Source of the DNA: Pirellulales bacterium
GTDB taxonomy: Bacteria > Planctomycetota > Planctomycetia > Pirellulales > JAICIG01
Length of the DNA stretch: 64,000 nucleotides
Direction: 5' to 3'
Assembly (NCBI GenBank): GCA_040901675.1
Contig: JBBDYJ010000031.1
Location: forward strand, 217,220 to 281,219
Positions 9,993 through 20,396 of the stretch are shown piece by piece. The translations under genes and the position numbers were made by a program. The first letter of the stretch is position 1; every line of letters starts with the position of its first letter. The notes under the pieces are model-generated. The model searched no databases. It was given only the letters and a program-made list of their open reading frames with translations, and was not told the DNA's origin.

Positions 9993-10298
9993 ATGCGTCG
10001 AGCACTGCTGAGCGTGGCCGCACTGGCGCTGCTGGCATCGGGCAGCGGTTGCACGATGTGCGCCAGCCCCCACGACTACTGCGGTCCGACATTTTCGGGC
10101 GAGTGCGGCGACGGGTGCGACTTCCATGCGCGGCGGGGATCGATCTTCGCTCCGGCGGATGTTGCGACGACAGCGGGCGAAGTCATGGTCTCGGAGCCGG
10201 CGGCCGAGATGTATGGAGAACCGACGCCCGCGCCCGCGGTGGAGCCGATCTCGTACCAGCGGCGGTTGCCCGACACCGGCGGCCGCTACGTTCGCTAG
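9993..10298 (+). CDS. Small Cys-rich lipoprotein
   Basis: GAGG RBS; MRRALLSVAALALLASGSGC lipobox followed by CASPHDYCGP..EC..GC. Confidence 0.7.
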   Translation: MRRALLSVAALALLASGSGCTMCASPHDYCGPTFSGECGDGCDFHARRGSIFAPADVATTAGEVMVSEPAAEMYGEPTPAPAVEPISYQRRLPDTGGRYVR

Positions 10299-10388
10299 TT
10301 GCCGCAAACTCGGCAGGCCGCATAACAGGCCCGCCCGGCACTTGTCAACCACTCGCTGGGGTTCCGGCCGCGAATGGCCCTTTCTTGC

Positions 10389-10417
10389 TTTACACCGCGC
10401 TTGCCCGCGGTTGTAAT
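10389..10417 (+). promoter_or_regulatory. Sigma70-type promoter (probably leaderless transcript)
   Basis: TTTACA-N17-TGTAAT, with ATG 6 nt downstream. Confidence 0.5.
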
Positions 10418-10423
10418 CGGGCC

Positions 10424-11911
10424 ATGAGCCAAGCCGTCAGCTTCGATCCTTACGCCATGCCCGCGGACGCATTGCGCGAGCCGCCCGCCAGCCTTTCGCT
10501 GGCCCTGCGGCAGATCGGTCCGGGAATCATTCTGGCCGGCAGCATCATCGGCACGGGCGAGCTGCTGCTGACGACCTCGCTGGGCGCCAAGCACGGATTC
10601 GCCTTCTTGTGGCTGATCCTGTTCAGTTGCCTGATCAAGGTCTTCGTGCAGATCGAGCTGGGCCGCTATTCGATCTCGTCGGGCAAACCGACGTTGGGCG
10701 CGCTGGACGCCTTGCCGGGGCCACGGCTCGGCACTCATTGGCTGGTGTGGTGGTGGTTCTTCATGCTGCTGGCCACCGTGTCGCAGCTCGGAGCGATGGT
10801 GGGTGGCGTGGGGCAGGCCTTGAACCTGGCGTTCCCGCGGGTTTCGCAGTGGCTGGCTTCGGCGGCCGGCGGCGTATCGGCGGAGCTGGCGGAGAAAATC
10901 GTTTCGAACCCGGAACACCCTTGGGCGGTGATGACCGCTTTGGGAGCCGTGCTGCTCCTGCTGAGCGGAGGGTACCGGCGGATCGAGGTCGTAACCACGT
11001 TCCTGGTGGTAGGCGTCACGTTGATTACGGTCCTTTGTGCCGCATCGCTGCCGCTGGCCGGTTACCCGATCAGGCCGGAGGATCTTCGGGAGGGGTTCAG
11101 CTTCACGCTGCCGGCGGCCGGGATTGCGGCGGCCTTCGCCACGTTCGGCATTACGGGAGTGGGCGCGAGCGAGCTTTACTCCTACCCGTACTGGTGCCTG
11201 GAAAAAGGCTACGCGCGCTTTGCCGGCCCGCAGTCGGCCGACCCGGAGTGGGCCCGGCGGGCGCGCGGCTGGATGCGCGTGCTGTACCTCGACGCCTGGG
11301 TGAGCATGCTCGTGTTCACGGTGGCCACCGTGGCCTTCTACTGCATGGGAGCCACCGTGCTGCACCGCGAGCAGCTCGATCCGCAGGGCAAAGAGATGAT
11401 CGATACGCTGGCCCAGATGTACATGCGGTCATTTGGGAACTGGACGAAAATCCTGTTCCTGATCGGGGCTTGTGCGGTGCTGTTCAAGACGCTGTACGTC
11501 GCCTCGGCGGGACACAGCCGGCTGACCGCCGACTTTCTGAGCCTGGCGGGCGTGGTGCGCTACGCCGAGGCCCGCAACCGTGCCCGCTGGATCCGCTTCT
11601 TCTGCCTGTTCTATCCGGTGCTGGCCCTGCTGTTGTATCTCTTGTTCGAGGAGCCGCGGGCCATGGTCGTATTCGGCGGTTTCATGCAGGCGGCGACTCT
11701 GCCGGTTATCACGGCGGCCACGATCTATCTGCGTTTTCGGCGCACGGACCAGCGGCTGGCGCCTTCGTTGTTCTCGGATGCGTGCCTTTGGTTCGCCTTT
11801 TTCACGATTACGGCCGTGGCGGTTTACGCGATCAGGGATTGGGGACTGACCAAGTTCTGGCCGGTGGTTGATCAGGTCGGGATTTGGCTTGAGTCGCGTA
11901 GCTGGTGGTAG
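10424..11911 (+). CDS. Nramp-family divalent metal transporter-like protein
   Basis: IGPGIILAGSIIGTGEL and FGITGVGASELYSYPYWCLEKGY motifs; about 11 TM helices. Confidence 0.8.
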   Translation: MSQAVSFDPYAMPADALREPPASLSLALRQIGPGIILAGSIIGTGELLLTTSLGAKHGFAFLWLILFSCLIKVFVQIELGRYSISSGKPTLGALDALPGPRLGTHWLVWWWFFMLLATVSQLGAMVGGVGQALNLAFPRVSQWLASAAGGVSAELAEKIVSNPEHPWAVMTALGAVLLLLSGGYRRIEVVTTFLVVGVTLITVLCAASLPLAGYPIRPEDLREGFSFTLPAAGIAAAFATFGITGVGASELYSYPYWCLEKGYARFAGPQSADPEWARRARGWMRVLYLDAWVSMLVFTVATVAFYCMGATVLHREQLDPQGKEMIDTLAQMYMRSFGNWTKILFLIGACAVLFKTLYVASAGHSRLTADFLSLAGVVRYAEARNRARWIRFFCLFYPVLALLLYLLFEEPRAMVVFGGFMQAATLPVITAATIYLRFRRTDQRLAPSLFSDACLWFAFFTITAVAVYAIRDWGLTKFWPVVDQVGIWLESRSWW

Positions 11912-12014
11912 GCGGAGTTCTTGCTTTTGGGAACGCGGCGGGCGCTTCCGGCGTCCAAGCCGTAGCGTGGTAGGATTGCTGCAAGGAGCTTGTGAGAGGA
12001 GGGGTAACTTGTCG

Positions 12015-13061
12015 ATGCGGCGCGTCATATTGCTCGTCCTGGGACCGCTGCCGATCGTGGCGTGCTCCTATGGCATCAGTCACTGGCTGAGAACCGAGGT
12101 CCAGGCGCCGCAGAGCAACCGGGTCGTGCCGAGCGCGGGCGCGCTGGCGGCGGGACCGGAGGCCATTGAGCGGGCCTCCGCCGACCGGGCCGGCCGCCGC
12201 GAGCTCTCGTCGGCCGGCGCCCGGCCCGCGACCCGCAACGAGGCTTTCTCGAACTCCCGCCTCCAGGCCGATTGCCAGGCCGCTGCGCGCCGCCTCTCGA
12301 GGCGACTCGACGATGCCTGCCGGACGATCGTGCGGGCTCCGTTTGTCGTCGCGGGCGATCTGACGGAAGCGGAGCTGAATCGCTGGCACGAACGTACGAT
12401 CGGGCCGGCGGCCCGCGCCATGGGACACCGCTATTTCACGGCCAGGCCCGACCAGCCGATCACGGTGCTGTTGTTCTCAGGCGAGGACAGCTACAACCGC
12501 TACGCCAAGGACCTGTATGGCGACGAAGGAGTATCGGTCTACGGCTATTACAAACCGCACCTGCGGACATTGGTGATGAACATTGGCACCGGCGGCGGCA
12601 CGCTGGTCCACGAGCTGACGCACGCGCTGGTCGACTTCGATTTTCCGCACGTGCCCGATTGGTTCAACGAAGGGCTGGCTTCGCTGCACGAGCAATGCCG
12701 CATCCGGCCGGACGAGACCGGCATCGACGGCCTGGTCAACTGGCGGCTGGCGGGGCTGAAGCAAGCGATCCGCCGCGGCCGTCTCGCATCGCTGGAAACG
12801 CTCTTGTCCAACGACGACTTTCGAGGCGCCGACGTGGGTCTCAACTATGCTCAGGCCCGCTATTTCTGCATGTTCATGCAGAGCGGCGACAACCCGAGGG
12901 GAGAAGACGTGCTCGCCGAATTCTATGGGCTATTGCGACTGGAGCATCGTGAAGATCCCACCGGCGCCAGTGCAGTGCGGCGGGTCTTCGCCCAGCAGGA
13001 ATGGGCCGAGCTGGACCGGCGGTTTCAGTCCTGGGTGCTCTCGCTGTCGCCGGAAGAGTGA
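12015..13061 (+). CDS. Exported zinc metallopeptidase-like protein (DUF1570/peptidase MA-like)
   Basis: LVHELTHAL (HExxH) and WFNEGLA; N-terminal hydrophobic segment. Confidence 0.75.
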   Translation: MRRVILLVLGPLPIVACSYGISHWLRTEVQAPQSNRVVPSAGALAAGPEAIERASADRAGRRELSSAGARPATRNEAFSNSRLQADCQAAARRLSRRLDDACRTIVRAPFVVAGDLTEAELNRWHERTIGPAARAMGHRYFTARPDQPITVLLFSGEDSYNRYAKDLYGDEGVSVYGYYKPHLRTLVMNIGTGGGTLVHELTHALVDFDFPHVPDWFNEGLASLHEQCRIRPDETGIDGLVNWRLAGLKQAIRRGRLASLETLLSNDDFRGADVGLNYAQARYFCMFMQSGDNPRGEDVLAEFYGLLRLEHREDPTGASAVRRVFAQQEWAELDRRFQSWVLSLSPEE

Positions 13062-13588
13062 TCGACGGCGGGATCAGCCGAAAACGCGCAGTCACCGACG
13101 CGCCCGGCGGTCGGCTCGGCCGTATCCGGCTCGGCTTCGTCGACATTGAAACCGAGGTTGGGGCGGCCGTATATCTTGGCCACGAATTTGCCGCCGACCT
13201 CGAAGAATGGGCCAAAGGGCTTGCACCGCAGGATCTCGATCGCGGCTTGCAGCTCTTTGCCATTGGACAAGGTGAGTTTGACCGCCATGAACCTGGCCCG
13301 CATCGCCTTGCTGCTCAACACGGCAATGCCGCGGGTGGAGATATTCCGCGTGACCGTGACAAAGCTGGCGCCCACCGGTTGGAGGTTGGCATCGATCGGC
13401 ACGGCCACGACCGGCAAGGCGATCCGATACCTTTGTTCGGAGCGCTTGTCCTGCCCATAGATTTGCAAGAGGCCCTCGGTTTCGCGGTCGAGCACTTCCT
13501 CGACGAAAGCGACGATCTCGTCGGATGGGCGTTGCGGCTTCGGGGCCGGTCGCTCGGTCTGGGCTGGTTTCAACTGAGGCAGTCCCAT
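13025..13588 (-). CDS. PilZ-domain protein
   Basis: RSEQR (RxxxR) and NISTRG (D/NxSxxG) c-di-GMP-binding motifs. Confidence 0.75.
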   Translation of the reverse strand: MGLPQLKPAQTERPAPKPQRPSDEIVAFVEEVLDRETEGLLQIYGQDKRSEQRYRIALPVVAVPIDANLQPVGASFVTVTRNISTRGIAVLSSKAMRARFMAVKLTLSNGKELQAAIEILRCKPFGPFFEVGGKFVAKIYGRPNLGFNVDEAEPDTAEPTAGRVGDCAFSADPAVDHSSGDSESTQD

Positions 13589-13815
13589 ATCGTTTGTCGC
13601 AATCGAAGCTTGGGGGGGCGAACCCGTGCTGAGCGTCCCATGCAGGCCGGTCCAGAACGAGGCATGTCAAAATATGGCTCATCGACCGGCGGCAGCCTGT
13701 CTCGATCGGCCAGTCCGGCACGGATTGCGGATTCGCGCAAAACAGAAACTGCCTGACGTAAGGGCTGGTCGGGCTGGGCGGTGTTACTCCCCCGCAACCG
13801 GGCAGCGGCCACAGC

Positions 13816-13844
13816 TTGATGCCCGGCATTGCCCGCTATACCAT
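13816..13844 (+). promoter_or_regulatory. Sigma70-type promoter (probably leaderless transcript)
   Basis: TTGATG-N17-TACCAT, with ATG 6 nt downstream. Confidence 0.5.
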
Positions 13845-13850
13845 CGAACC

Positions 13851-14873
13851 ATGACCGTTTCCTCCCCCATTTCCCGGCGGCGGTTTATGGCCGCGTCGCT
13901 GTTGGGAGCCGGCAGCGCGCTGGAAGGGCGCTGGTCAGCCGCGGCAGAGGACCAGGCGGCGGACGCGGATCAGGCGTTGATCGCGATCACGTTCGACTTG
14001 GAAATGAGCCGCAATTTTCCTCGCTGGGAAGATACCCACTGGGACTACGAAAAAGGGAATCTGAACGAAGAGACGAAGCGGTACACGGTCGAGGCCTGCC
14101 GGCGGGTCCGCGAGCGGGGCGGAGTGCTGCACACCTTTGCCGTGGGGCGGGTTTTCGAGCAGGAAAACCACGATTGGTTGAACGAAATCGTCGAGGCGGG
14201 GCACCCGGTCGGCAACCATACTTACGACCACGTCAATGTCACCGCCACTCGGCCGGAGGAGATCCAGTTCCGCTTCCGCCGAGCACCTTGGCTGATCGAA
14301 GGCAAATCGGCAGCGGAAGTGATCTCCGAGAACATTCGCCTCACGAACCTGGCACTCCGGGAAAGCCTGGGAATCGAACCGTCGGGCTTCCGCACTCCGG
14401 GCGGTTTCTCCGATGGGCTTGCGGGGCGGGAAGACGTCCAGCAGACCATCCTGGCTCAGGGCTTCCGCTGGGTCAGCAGCAAGTATCCAGCCCACCCACT
14501 GGGCGAAGCGGGCCGGGCACCGAGCGAGGAGGTCCTGACTCGGATTGTCGAAGTCCAGCCGCAGGCCCAGCCTTTCGCCTATCCGTCGGGCCTGGTCGAA
14601 GTGCCCATGAGCCCGGTCAGCGACATCAGCGCCTTCCGGGGCGGTCGCTGGCCACTGAAAGACTTTCTGCTCGCCGTGCGCCTGGCGGTCTCCTGGGCGA
14701 TCGACCACGGGGCCGTTTTCGACTTCTTGGGGCATCCATCGTGTTTGTACGTCACCGATCCCGAATTCCGGGCGGTGAAGCTGATTTGCGACCTCGTCGA
14801 GGCTGCCGGCCCGAGGGCAGCGATCGTCGACCTGGACCGCATCGCCCGGCGCCTCGCCGCACCGAAGCCCTGA
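13851..14873 (+). CDS. Tat-exported polysaccharide deacetylase family protein
   Basis: SRRRFM twin-arginine signal; TFDLE, GNHTYDH and FRTPGG motifs. Confidence 0.85.
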   Translation: MTVSSPISRRRFMAASLLGAGSALEGRWSAAAEDQAADADQALIAITFDLEMSRNFPRWEDTHWDYEKGNLNEETKRYTVEACRRVRERGGVLHTFAVGRVFEQENHDWLNEIVEAGHPVGNHTYDHVNVTATRPEEIQFRFRRAPWLIEGKSAAEVISENIRLTNLALRESLGIEPSGFRTPGGFSDGLAGREDVQQTILAQGFRWVSSKYPAHPLGEAGRAPSEEVLTRIVEVQPQAQPFAYPSGLVEVPMSPVSDISAFRGGRWPLKDFLLAVRLAVSWAIDHGAVFDFLGHPSCLYVTDPEFRAVKLICDLVEAAGPRAAIVDLDRIARRLAAPKP

Positions 14874-14938
14874 TGGCCGGCAAGAGCCCGGCGAATAACA
14901 GAGGAAGGCCCACTTCCTTTCAGAACGCCTGGAAAACT

Positions 14939-14979
14939 AAAAAACGGGGCGTGGCAACTCATGGATTGCCACGCCCCGT
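14939..14979 (-). terminator. Rho-independent terminator for the DUF1559 gene
   Basis: 14-bp perfect stem acggggcgtggcaa/ttgccacgccccgt followed by a T-run on the minus strand. Confidence 0.85.
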
Positions 14980-15058
14980 CAAGGAGGTGTGCGCCGCGGC
15001 CTGCCTCAGGCATGCCGCTCGCGTGGAGCAACATCCCGTCGGGCAAACCTGCCAGCAA

Positions 15059-15109
15059 TCATAGACCTTGCTCGTCGGCGAAGGACTCACCGCCAATCTT
15101 AGTGTTCAT
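15059..15109 (-). pseudogene. Diverged duplicate of the last 16 codons plus stop of the DUF1559 gene
   Basis: Reads MNTKIGGESFADEQGL* versus the gene end [16 protein letters not shown]; 70-bp offset. Confidence 0.8.
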
Positions 15110-15128
15110 GTCAACGGAGGGTTATGGA

Positions 15129-16412
15129 TTACAAGTTATCTGGGTCTTCGAAGGACTCAGAGCCAATCCTAGTGTTCATGCCGGCATAGACCCGGAAGTC
15201 GATATTAATCGAGATTTGTCTCACGGAACCGTCACCCATGACAGCCTGCGGCCCGCGAGGATGGTGAGCGCTCATACCCGGCCATTCCGAGTTGGGCCCA
15301 AAGGCTCCGTTGAACGTCGGCGGATAGGCAAACTGTACAATGCCACCGGCGCTGATCTCGACGTCCCAGCCGTTAGGGCCGACGGCGCCACAGCAAGGGC
15401 TGTAGAAATTCGGGCTATAAGGCCCTCCAATGACGGACTCGGCCACACCCGTGGCAACCAACATGGATCGGAAGACATACCTGGAATTTGGCCCGGTGAG
15501 CTGGGTCCGTGGAACGCCGGTCGCAGCCAAGCCGGCAGGCGATAACCCCGTGCTGCCCGGGGCGACGGTGTTGTTGAACGGCTGAAAGGGCTGAACCGGA
15601 ATGGCGAAGCCTGGGACAGCGCCGTTGGGATTGCCCTGAATCTTGGAATAAAAGCCCACGGCGTTGACTTCGCCGACCAGGATGGTGTAGGTGGCACCAT
15701 CTCGCAGCGCGCCATAAGAGTTGTTCTCGGCAAAGGCAAAAACTCCTCGCGAGGCGGGCGGGCTGGTCGGCTGTGGGAGACCGAACTGATTGGCCACCGT
15801 AGGCCACCATCCCACGCCCTCGCTGGCGGCGTAATTGGTGTGCGCATATCCACCGAACTGCGTCGGATCTTGCCAACCGGCGTCCGACGGGCAGCGGAAG
15901 GCGTCGATGACTTGCGACTGGATTGGGCCCGGAAATGCCAGGGGTTGGGCTCCCGGCTGAGTGCCAATTCCCATTAACTTCGGCTGCGCCGTCTGGTTCC
16001 AGACAGGGAACCTGCGATTGACCGCGTTGTAGAGGCCCCTCTCCTCCATGAACGGCAGAATGGCATAGCACCAGGTGTAGTGGTAGGGCAACTGCGCCCC
16101 CGGAATCTTCTGCCCCTGCGCGTCGGTCAGCGGCACTCCCCAGTCTGCATCGGCCGGAAAGACCTTGGCGGCGTCATGATACTCCTGCAACGCCAGACCG
16201 ATCTGCTTCAGGTTGTTGGCACAGTGGGATCGGCGAGCAGCCTCGCGGGCCGCCGTCATGGCCGGCAGCAGCAAGGCGATTAAAATGCCAATAATGGCAA
16301 TTACAACGAGCAACTCCACCAGCGTAAAGGCGCCGCGTGCAGGGAGGGCGGAACCAGTGCGCCCGGCAGGTGGACACGGCATGCCGCGCCGCCTCGATCG
16401 ATTGTGAGACAT
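15129..16412 (-). CDS. DUF1559 family prepilin-type (PulG-like) protein
   Basis: [26 protein letters not shown]-methylation motif, [23 protein letters not shown]-terminal [14 protein letters not shown] (H-X9-DG). Confidence 0.92.
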   Translation of the reverse strand: MSHNRSRRRGMPCPPAGRTGSALPARGAFTLVELLVVIAIIGILIALLLPAMTAAREAARRSHCANNLKQIGLALQEYHDAAKVFPADADWGVPLTDAQGQKIPGAQLPYHYTWCYAILPFMEERGLYNAVNRRFPVWNQTAQPKLMGIGTQPGAQPLAFPGPIQSQVIDAFRCPSDAGWQDPTQFGGYAHTNYAASEGVGWWPTVANQFGLPQPTSPPASRGVFAFAENNSYGALRDGATYTILVGEVNAVGFYSKIQGNPNGAVPGFAIPVQPFQPFNNTVAPGSTGLSPAGLAATGVPRTQLTGPNSRYVFRSMLVATGVAESVIGGPYSPNFYSPCCGAVGPNGWDVEISAGGIVQFAYPPTFNGAFGPNSEWPGMSAHHPRGPQAVMGDGSVRQISINIDFRVYAGMNTRIGSESFEDPDNL

Positions 16413-16919
16413 GGCGTAACCCCGTCTGGAAAAAGGAAAAAAGGATAACACCTCAACGCCCAGTACCTTATCATTCCCCAAAAACCATGTCCACAAAAAA
16501 ATGCCGTAAAGGCAAGAAAAATCAGTCCAGCGATGGCTCGGCCAGCCAGGCAAGAATGCCCACCCCCCGCCCGCTCCACTGGCAAAGGCGGTCAAGGAGG
16601 GCCAAGATCGCCTGGAATGAAGACGACTTCCCCCCCTAATGGGTTGCGCCTGGCGCTGACGGCCTGAGTTTTCCTCGTCCACGGGTGCCTGCCTCGCGGC
16701 TGACCATGAGTTGACCTCCCCCGGAGCGGGATGAGGGCTGGATCCTGCTTTTCGATGGCCGGAGGCTGGACGGTCTGGCAGACCAGCAGCCGAGCCGCGT
16801 GCCGGTCGAGGACGGGCGCTCATCGGGCTCAGGACCACGGGAAGCCGTGCTGGTTCAAGAACATCCAAGCTGCGTCCGCTCGATCGGGCAAGCCCTAGCG
16901 CAACGGCCGACCCGGCCGC

Positions 16920-17891
16920 TCAGAAATTGGGGGTGGGCGGCCGGTAGAGACCCGGATCGATCGAGCGAAACCATTCGATGGTTGGAACCAGGCCCTCATG
17001 CAAGGCGACCTTGGGTTCCCAGCCGAGCCGCCGGCGGGCCAGTGTAATGTCGGGCTTGCGCTGCGTCGGGTCGTCGGCCGGCAGCGGCTCGTGGACCAGG
17101 GGCGATTTCGAGCCGGTCAAAGCCAACACCATCTCAGCCAGCTCACGGATCGTGAACTCGCCGGGATTGCCCAGGTTCACCGGTCCGATAAAGTCGTCCG
17201 GGCCATTCATCATTCGGATCATGCCATCGAGCAGGTCGTCGCGGAAGCAGAAGCTGCGGGTCTGGCTGCCATCGCCATAGATGGTCAGCGGCTTGCCGGC
17301 CAGGGCCTGCAGAATGAAGTTCGACACCACGCGGCCATCAAACGGGTGCATGCCGGGGCCGTAGGTATTGAAGATCCGCACGACCCGGATATTCAGATGG
17401 TTCATCCGGTGGTAATCGAAGAACAGGGTCTCGGCAGCCCGCTTTCCCTCGTCGTAACAGGCACGCGGGCCGATGGCGTTGACCGAACCGCGGTACGACT
17501 CGGGTTGGGGGTGGATCTCGGGGTCCCCGTAGACTTCGCTGGTCGAAGCCTGCAGCACCTTGGCCCGGCAGCGCTTGGCCATTCCCAGTACGTGGATGGC
17601 CCCCAGCACGGAAGTCTTCATCGTCTTGATGGGGTTGTACTGGTAGTGGCCCGGGGCGGCCGGGCATGCCAGGTTGTAGATCTCGTCCACTTCCAGCCAG
17701 GTCGGCTGAGTGATGTCGTGCCGGATCAGCTCGAAATTCGGGCGACCGAGCAGGTGAGCGACGTTCGATTTCTGGCTGGTGAAGAAGTTGTCCAGGCAAA
17801 TGACGTCATGCCCCTGGTCGACCAGCCGCTGGCACAGGTGCGAGCCGAGAAAACCGGCTCCGCCGGTCACGAGAATCCGTTTGGTCGCCAT
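16920..17891 (-). CDS. UDP-glucuronate decarboxylase (UDP-xylose synthase), SDR family
   Basis: [31 protein letters not shown] and DGRVVSNF motifs. Confidence 0.93.
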   Translation of the reverse strand: MATKRILVTGGAGFLGSHLCQRLVDQGHDVICLDNFFTSQKSNVAHLLGRPNFELIRHDITQPTWLEVDEIYNLACPAAPGHYQYNPIKTMKTSVLGAIHVLGMAKRCRAKVLQASTSEVYGDPEIHPQPESYRGSVNAIGPRACYDEGKRAAETLFFDYHRMNHLNIRVVRIFNTYGPGMHPFDGRVVSNFILQALAGKPLTIYGDGSQTRSFCFRDDLLDGMIRMMNGPDDFIGPVNLGNPGEFTIRELAEMVLALTGSKSPLVHEPLPADDPTQRKPDITLARRRLGWEPKVALHEGLVPTIEWFRSIDPGLYRPPTPNF

Positions 17892-17996
17892 GGCGGCTTT
17901 TCCCCGGATGGGTGCCCGGCGCGGCCCGTGGACCGAGCCAGGCGGGAACGAAAGAAGGCGGCCCTTCGGCCGACGCTGTTTTCACTATAATAGCTC

Positions 17997-20390
17997 ATGC
18001 TCCCCCAACCCGTTAGACTGGTGCCGATGGACCACTTGCTCGAGTCGCTGACGCCGGCACAACGCGAGGCGGTCCAGCACATCGACGGGCCGCTGTTGAT
18101 CCTGGCCGGCCCGGGCAGCGGCAAGACTCGGGTGGTGACGCACCGGATCGCCTGGCTGCTGGGGCATGGCGTGCCGGCGCGGCAGGTGCTGGCGCTCACC
18201 TTCACCAACAAAGCCGCCGAGGAGATGCAAGCCCGCCTGGCGAAGCTGGCCCCCGGCCAGGCGGTGTGGATCGGCACCTTCCATCGCTTCTGCGCCCGCC
18301 TGTTGCGGCAGCACGCCCGCCTGGTGGGCCTGGATGCCAACTACACGATCTACGATACGTCCGACAGCGCCGCCGTGCTGCGCCGCGTGCTGGAGGAAAC
18401 CGGATCGCCCCCGGGGCACTTCACCATCCAACACATCGGCAATGCAATCAGTTGGGCCAAGAACAACGCGATCGGCCCTGAGCAATACGAGCCGCGGCCC
18501 GGCTACCCGCTGGGGCGCGTCGTGGCCGAGGTCTACCCGGCGTACCAGGCCCGCTTGCTGGCCAGCAACGCGGCGGATTTCGACGACCTTCTGTTGCACG
18601 TTGCCGAGTTGCTGCGCCATAACCCGGAGATCCGCTCGGCACTCGACGCGCGCTACCGCTACGTCCTGGTCGATGAATACCAGGACACCAACCTGGCGCA
18701 GTACGCCATCGTGCGGGCCCTCTCGATCGATTACCCGAACCTGTCGGTCACCGGCGACCCCGATCAGTCGATCTACGGCTGGCGCGGCGCCAGCCTGGGC
18801 AACCTGGCGGAATTTGAAGGCAGCTTTCCGCAAGCGCGGGTGGTCAAGCTGGAACAGAACTATCGAAGCACCAAGCGCATCCTCCGGGTCGCGGACCAAT
18901 TGATCGCCCGCAACATGCGCCGCAGGCACAAGGAGCTCTATACCGACAACCCCGAAGGCCCGCCGGTGCGGCTCATCGCCTACTCCAGCAGCCGCGACGA
19001 GGCCGAAGACATCGCCCGGCGGATTGCCGAGCTGGTCCAGTCCGGCCGGCGGCGGGCGGGCGACATTGCCGTGTTCTACCGGGTGAACGCGCTGTCGCGG
19101 GCCTTGGAGTTCGCCCTGCGGGCCCGGGGCATTGCCTTTCAGATGGTGCACGGAGTCGAGTTCTACCAGCGCAAGGAAATCAAGGACGTCGTCGCCTATC
19201 TGACCCTGATCAACAATCCGCGCGACGACGTGGCGTTGGGGCGCGTGGTGAACACGCCTCTGCGCGGCATCGGCAGGAGCACGATCGAGCGGCTGAGGGA
19301 TCATGCTTCCCAACGAGGGCTCACACTCCTGGACGCCGCTCGCCAGAGCGGGCTGGTCGAAGGGCTGACCAAGCGGGCGGCGGTTGCCGTGGCTCGCTTC
19401 GTCGCCTTGTACGACCGGCTGAGCCTGGTCGCCGCCCGGCCGGTCGAGGAGATCCTGGGGCACGTGCTGGCGGAGAGCAATTATCGGGGCCAGTTTCAAG
19501 GCGGCACGGAAGAGGACGACCAGCGGCTGGCCAACATCGAGGAGTTGCTGACCGCGGCCCGCGAGTTCGACGAGCAGTCGCCGGGAGAGGGTCGTCTGGA
19601 GGAGTTCCTCGAGCAGGTCTGCCTGGTCAGCGACACCGACGACTGGCAGTCCACGACCGATCGCGTCACGTTGATGACGCTGCACGCCTCCAAGGGGCTC
19701 GAATTCCCGGTGGTGTTCTTGATCGGCTTGGAAGAAAAGCTCATCCCGCACGACCGCAGCGAGGACAAGCCGGAGCAATTGGAGGAGGAACGGCGACTGC
19801 TGTTCGTCGGCATTACCCGGGCCCGCCAGGAGTTGCAGCTCAGCCTGGCGCGCTACCGCGATTTCCGCGGCAAACGGGGCCTGTCCGTGCCCAGCCGGTT
19901 CCTGATGGAACTGCCCCTGGCCGAAATGGAAGCCACCACCGCCACCTGGTCCGAAGCGGTCCAAGCACAGGCGGACGACGCCCACGACCGTGAAGCTGCC
20001 CAAGATCACGCGGAGCACGACGCCGACGACCGCGGCGAGGAGTGGTCCGGCCCCGAGCGATCCGGCCTGGATGCTGACGACCGGCACGCCCGGCACGCAG
20101 ACGGCAAGCAGCCGGCGATGCCGGCCCTGGCCGAGCGGCCGTTTTTTGCCAATTTGACCACCGCCGCGCAGCTTGCTGCCGGATCGGAGCCGCAGCCGAC
20201 AGCCGATCCAGATGCCTTCCAGCAGGGGATGCCCGTACTGCATCCCGAGTACGGTGTGGGCCGAATCGTGGCACTCTCCGGGGGAAGAACCCGGCGGATC
20301 GCCACCGTCGACTTCGCTTCCGGGGCCGGCCGCAGGACGTTCGTGCTCGAAGTCAGCCCGTTGCGGCCGCTGGCTTCCGGCCGAGGATAG
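17997..20390 (+). CDS. pcrA: ATP-dependent DNA helicase UvrD/PcrA
   Basis: [51 protein letters not shown]-terminal Tudor-like HPEYGVG. Alternative start at 18027. Confidence 0.93.
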   Translation: MLPQPVRLVPMDHLLESLTPAQREAVQHIDGPLLILAGPGSGKTRVVTHRIAWLLGHGVPARQVLALTFTNKAAEEMQARLAKLAPGQAVWIGTFHRFCARLLRQHARLVGLDANYTIYDTSDSAAVLRRVLEETGSPPGHFTIQHIGNAISWAKNNAIGPEQYEPRPGYPLGRVVAEVYPAYQARLLASNAADFDDLLLHVAELLRHNPEIRSALDARYRYVLVDEYQDTNLAQYAIVRALSIDYPNLSVTGDPDQSIYGWRGASLGNLAEFEGSFPQARVVKLEQNYRSTKRILRVADQLIARNMRRRHKELYTDNPEGPPVRLIAYSSSRDEAEDIARRIAELVQSGRRRAGDIAVFYRVNALSRALEFALRARGIAFQMVHGVEFYQRKEIKDVVAYLTLINNPRDDVALGRVVNTPLRGIGRSTIERLRDHASQRGLTLLDAARQSGLVEGLTKRAAVAVARFVALYDRLSLVAARPVEEILGHVLAESNYRGQFQGGTEEDDQRLANIEELLTAAREFDEQSPGEGRLEEFLEQVCLVSDTDDWQSTTDRVTLMTLHASKGLEFPVVFLIGLEEKLIPHDRSEDKPEQLEEERRLLFVGITRARQELQLSLARYRDFRGKRGLSVPSRFLMELPLAEMEATTATWSEAVQAQADDAHDREAAQDHAEHDADDRGEEWSGPERSGLDADDRHARHADGKQPAMPALAERPFFANLTTAAQLAAGSEPQPTADPDAFQQGMPVLHPEYGVGRIVALSGGRTRRIATVDFASGAGRRTFVLEVSPLRPLASGRG

Positions 20391-20396
20391 TGGTCT

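Noticed and set aside
15059..15179. Diversity-generating retroelement TR/VR pair
   Set aside because: Mismatches are not confined to adenines, the repeat is only about 50 bp, and no reverse transcriptase is present in the window.
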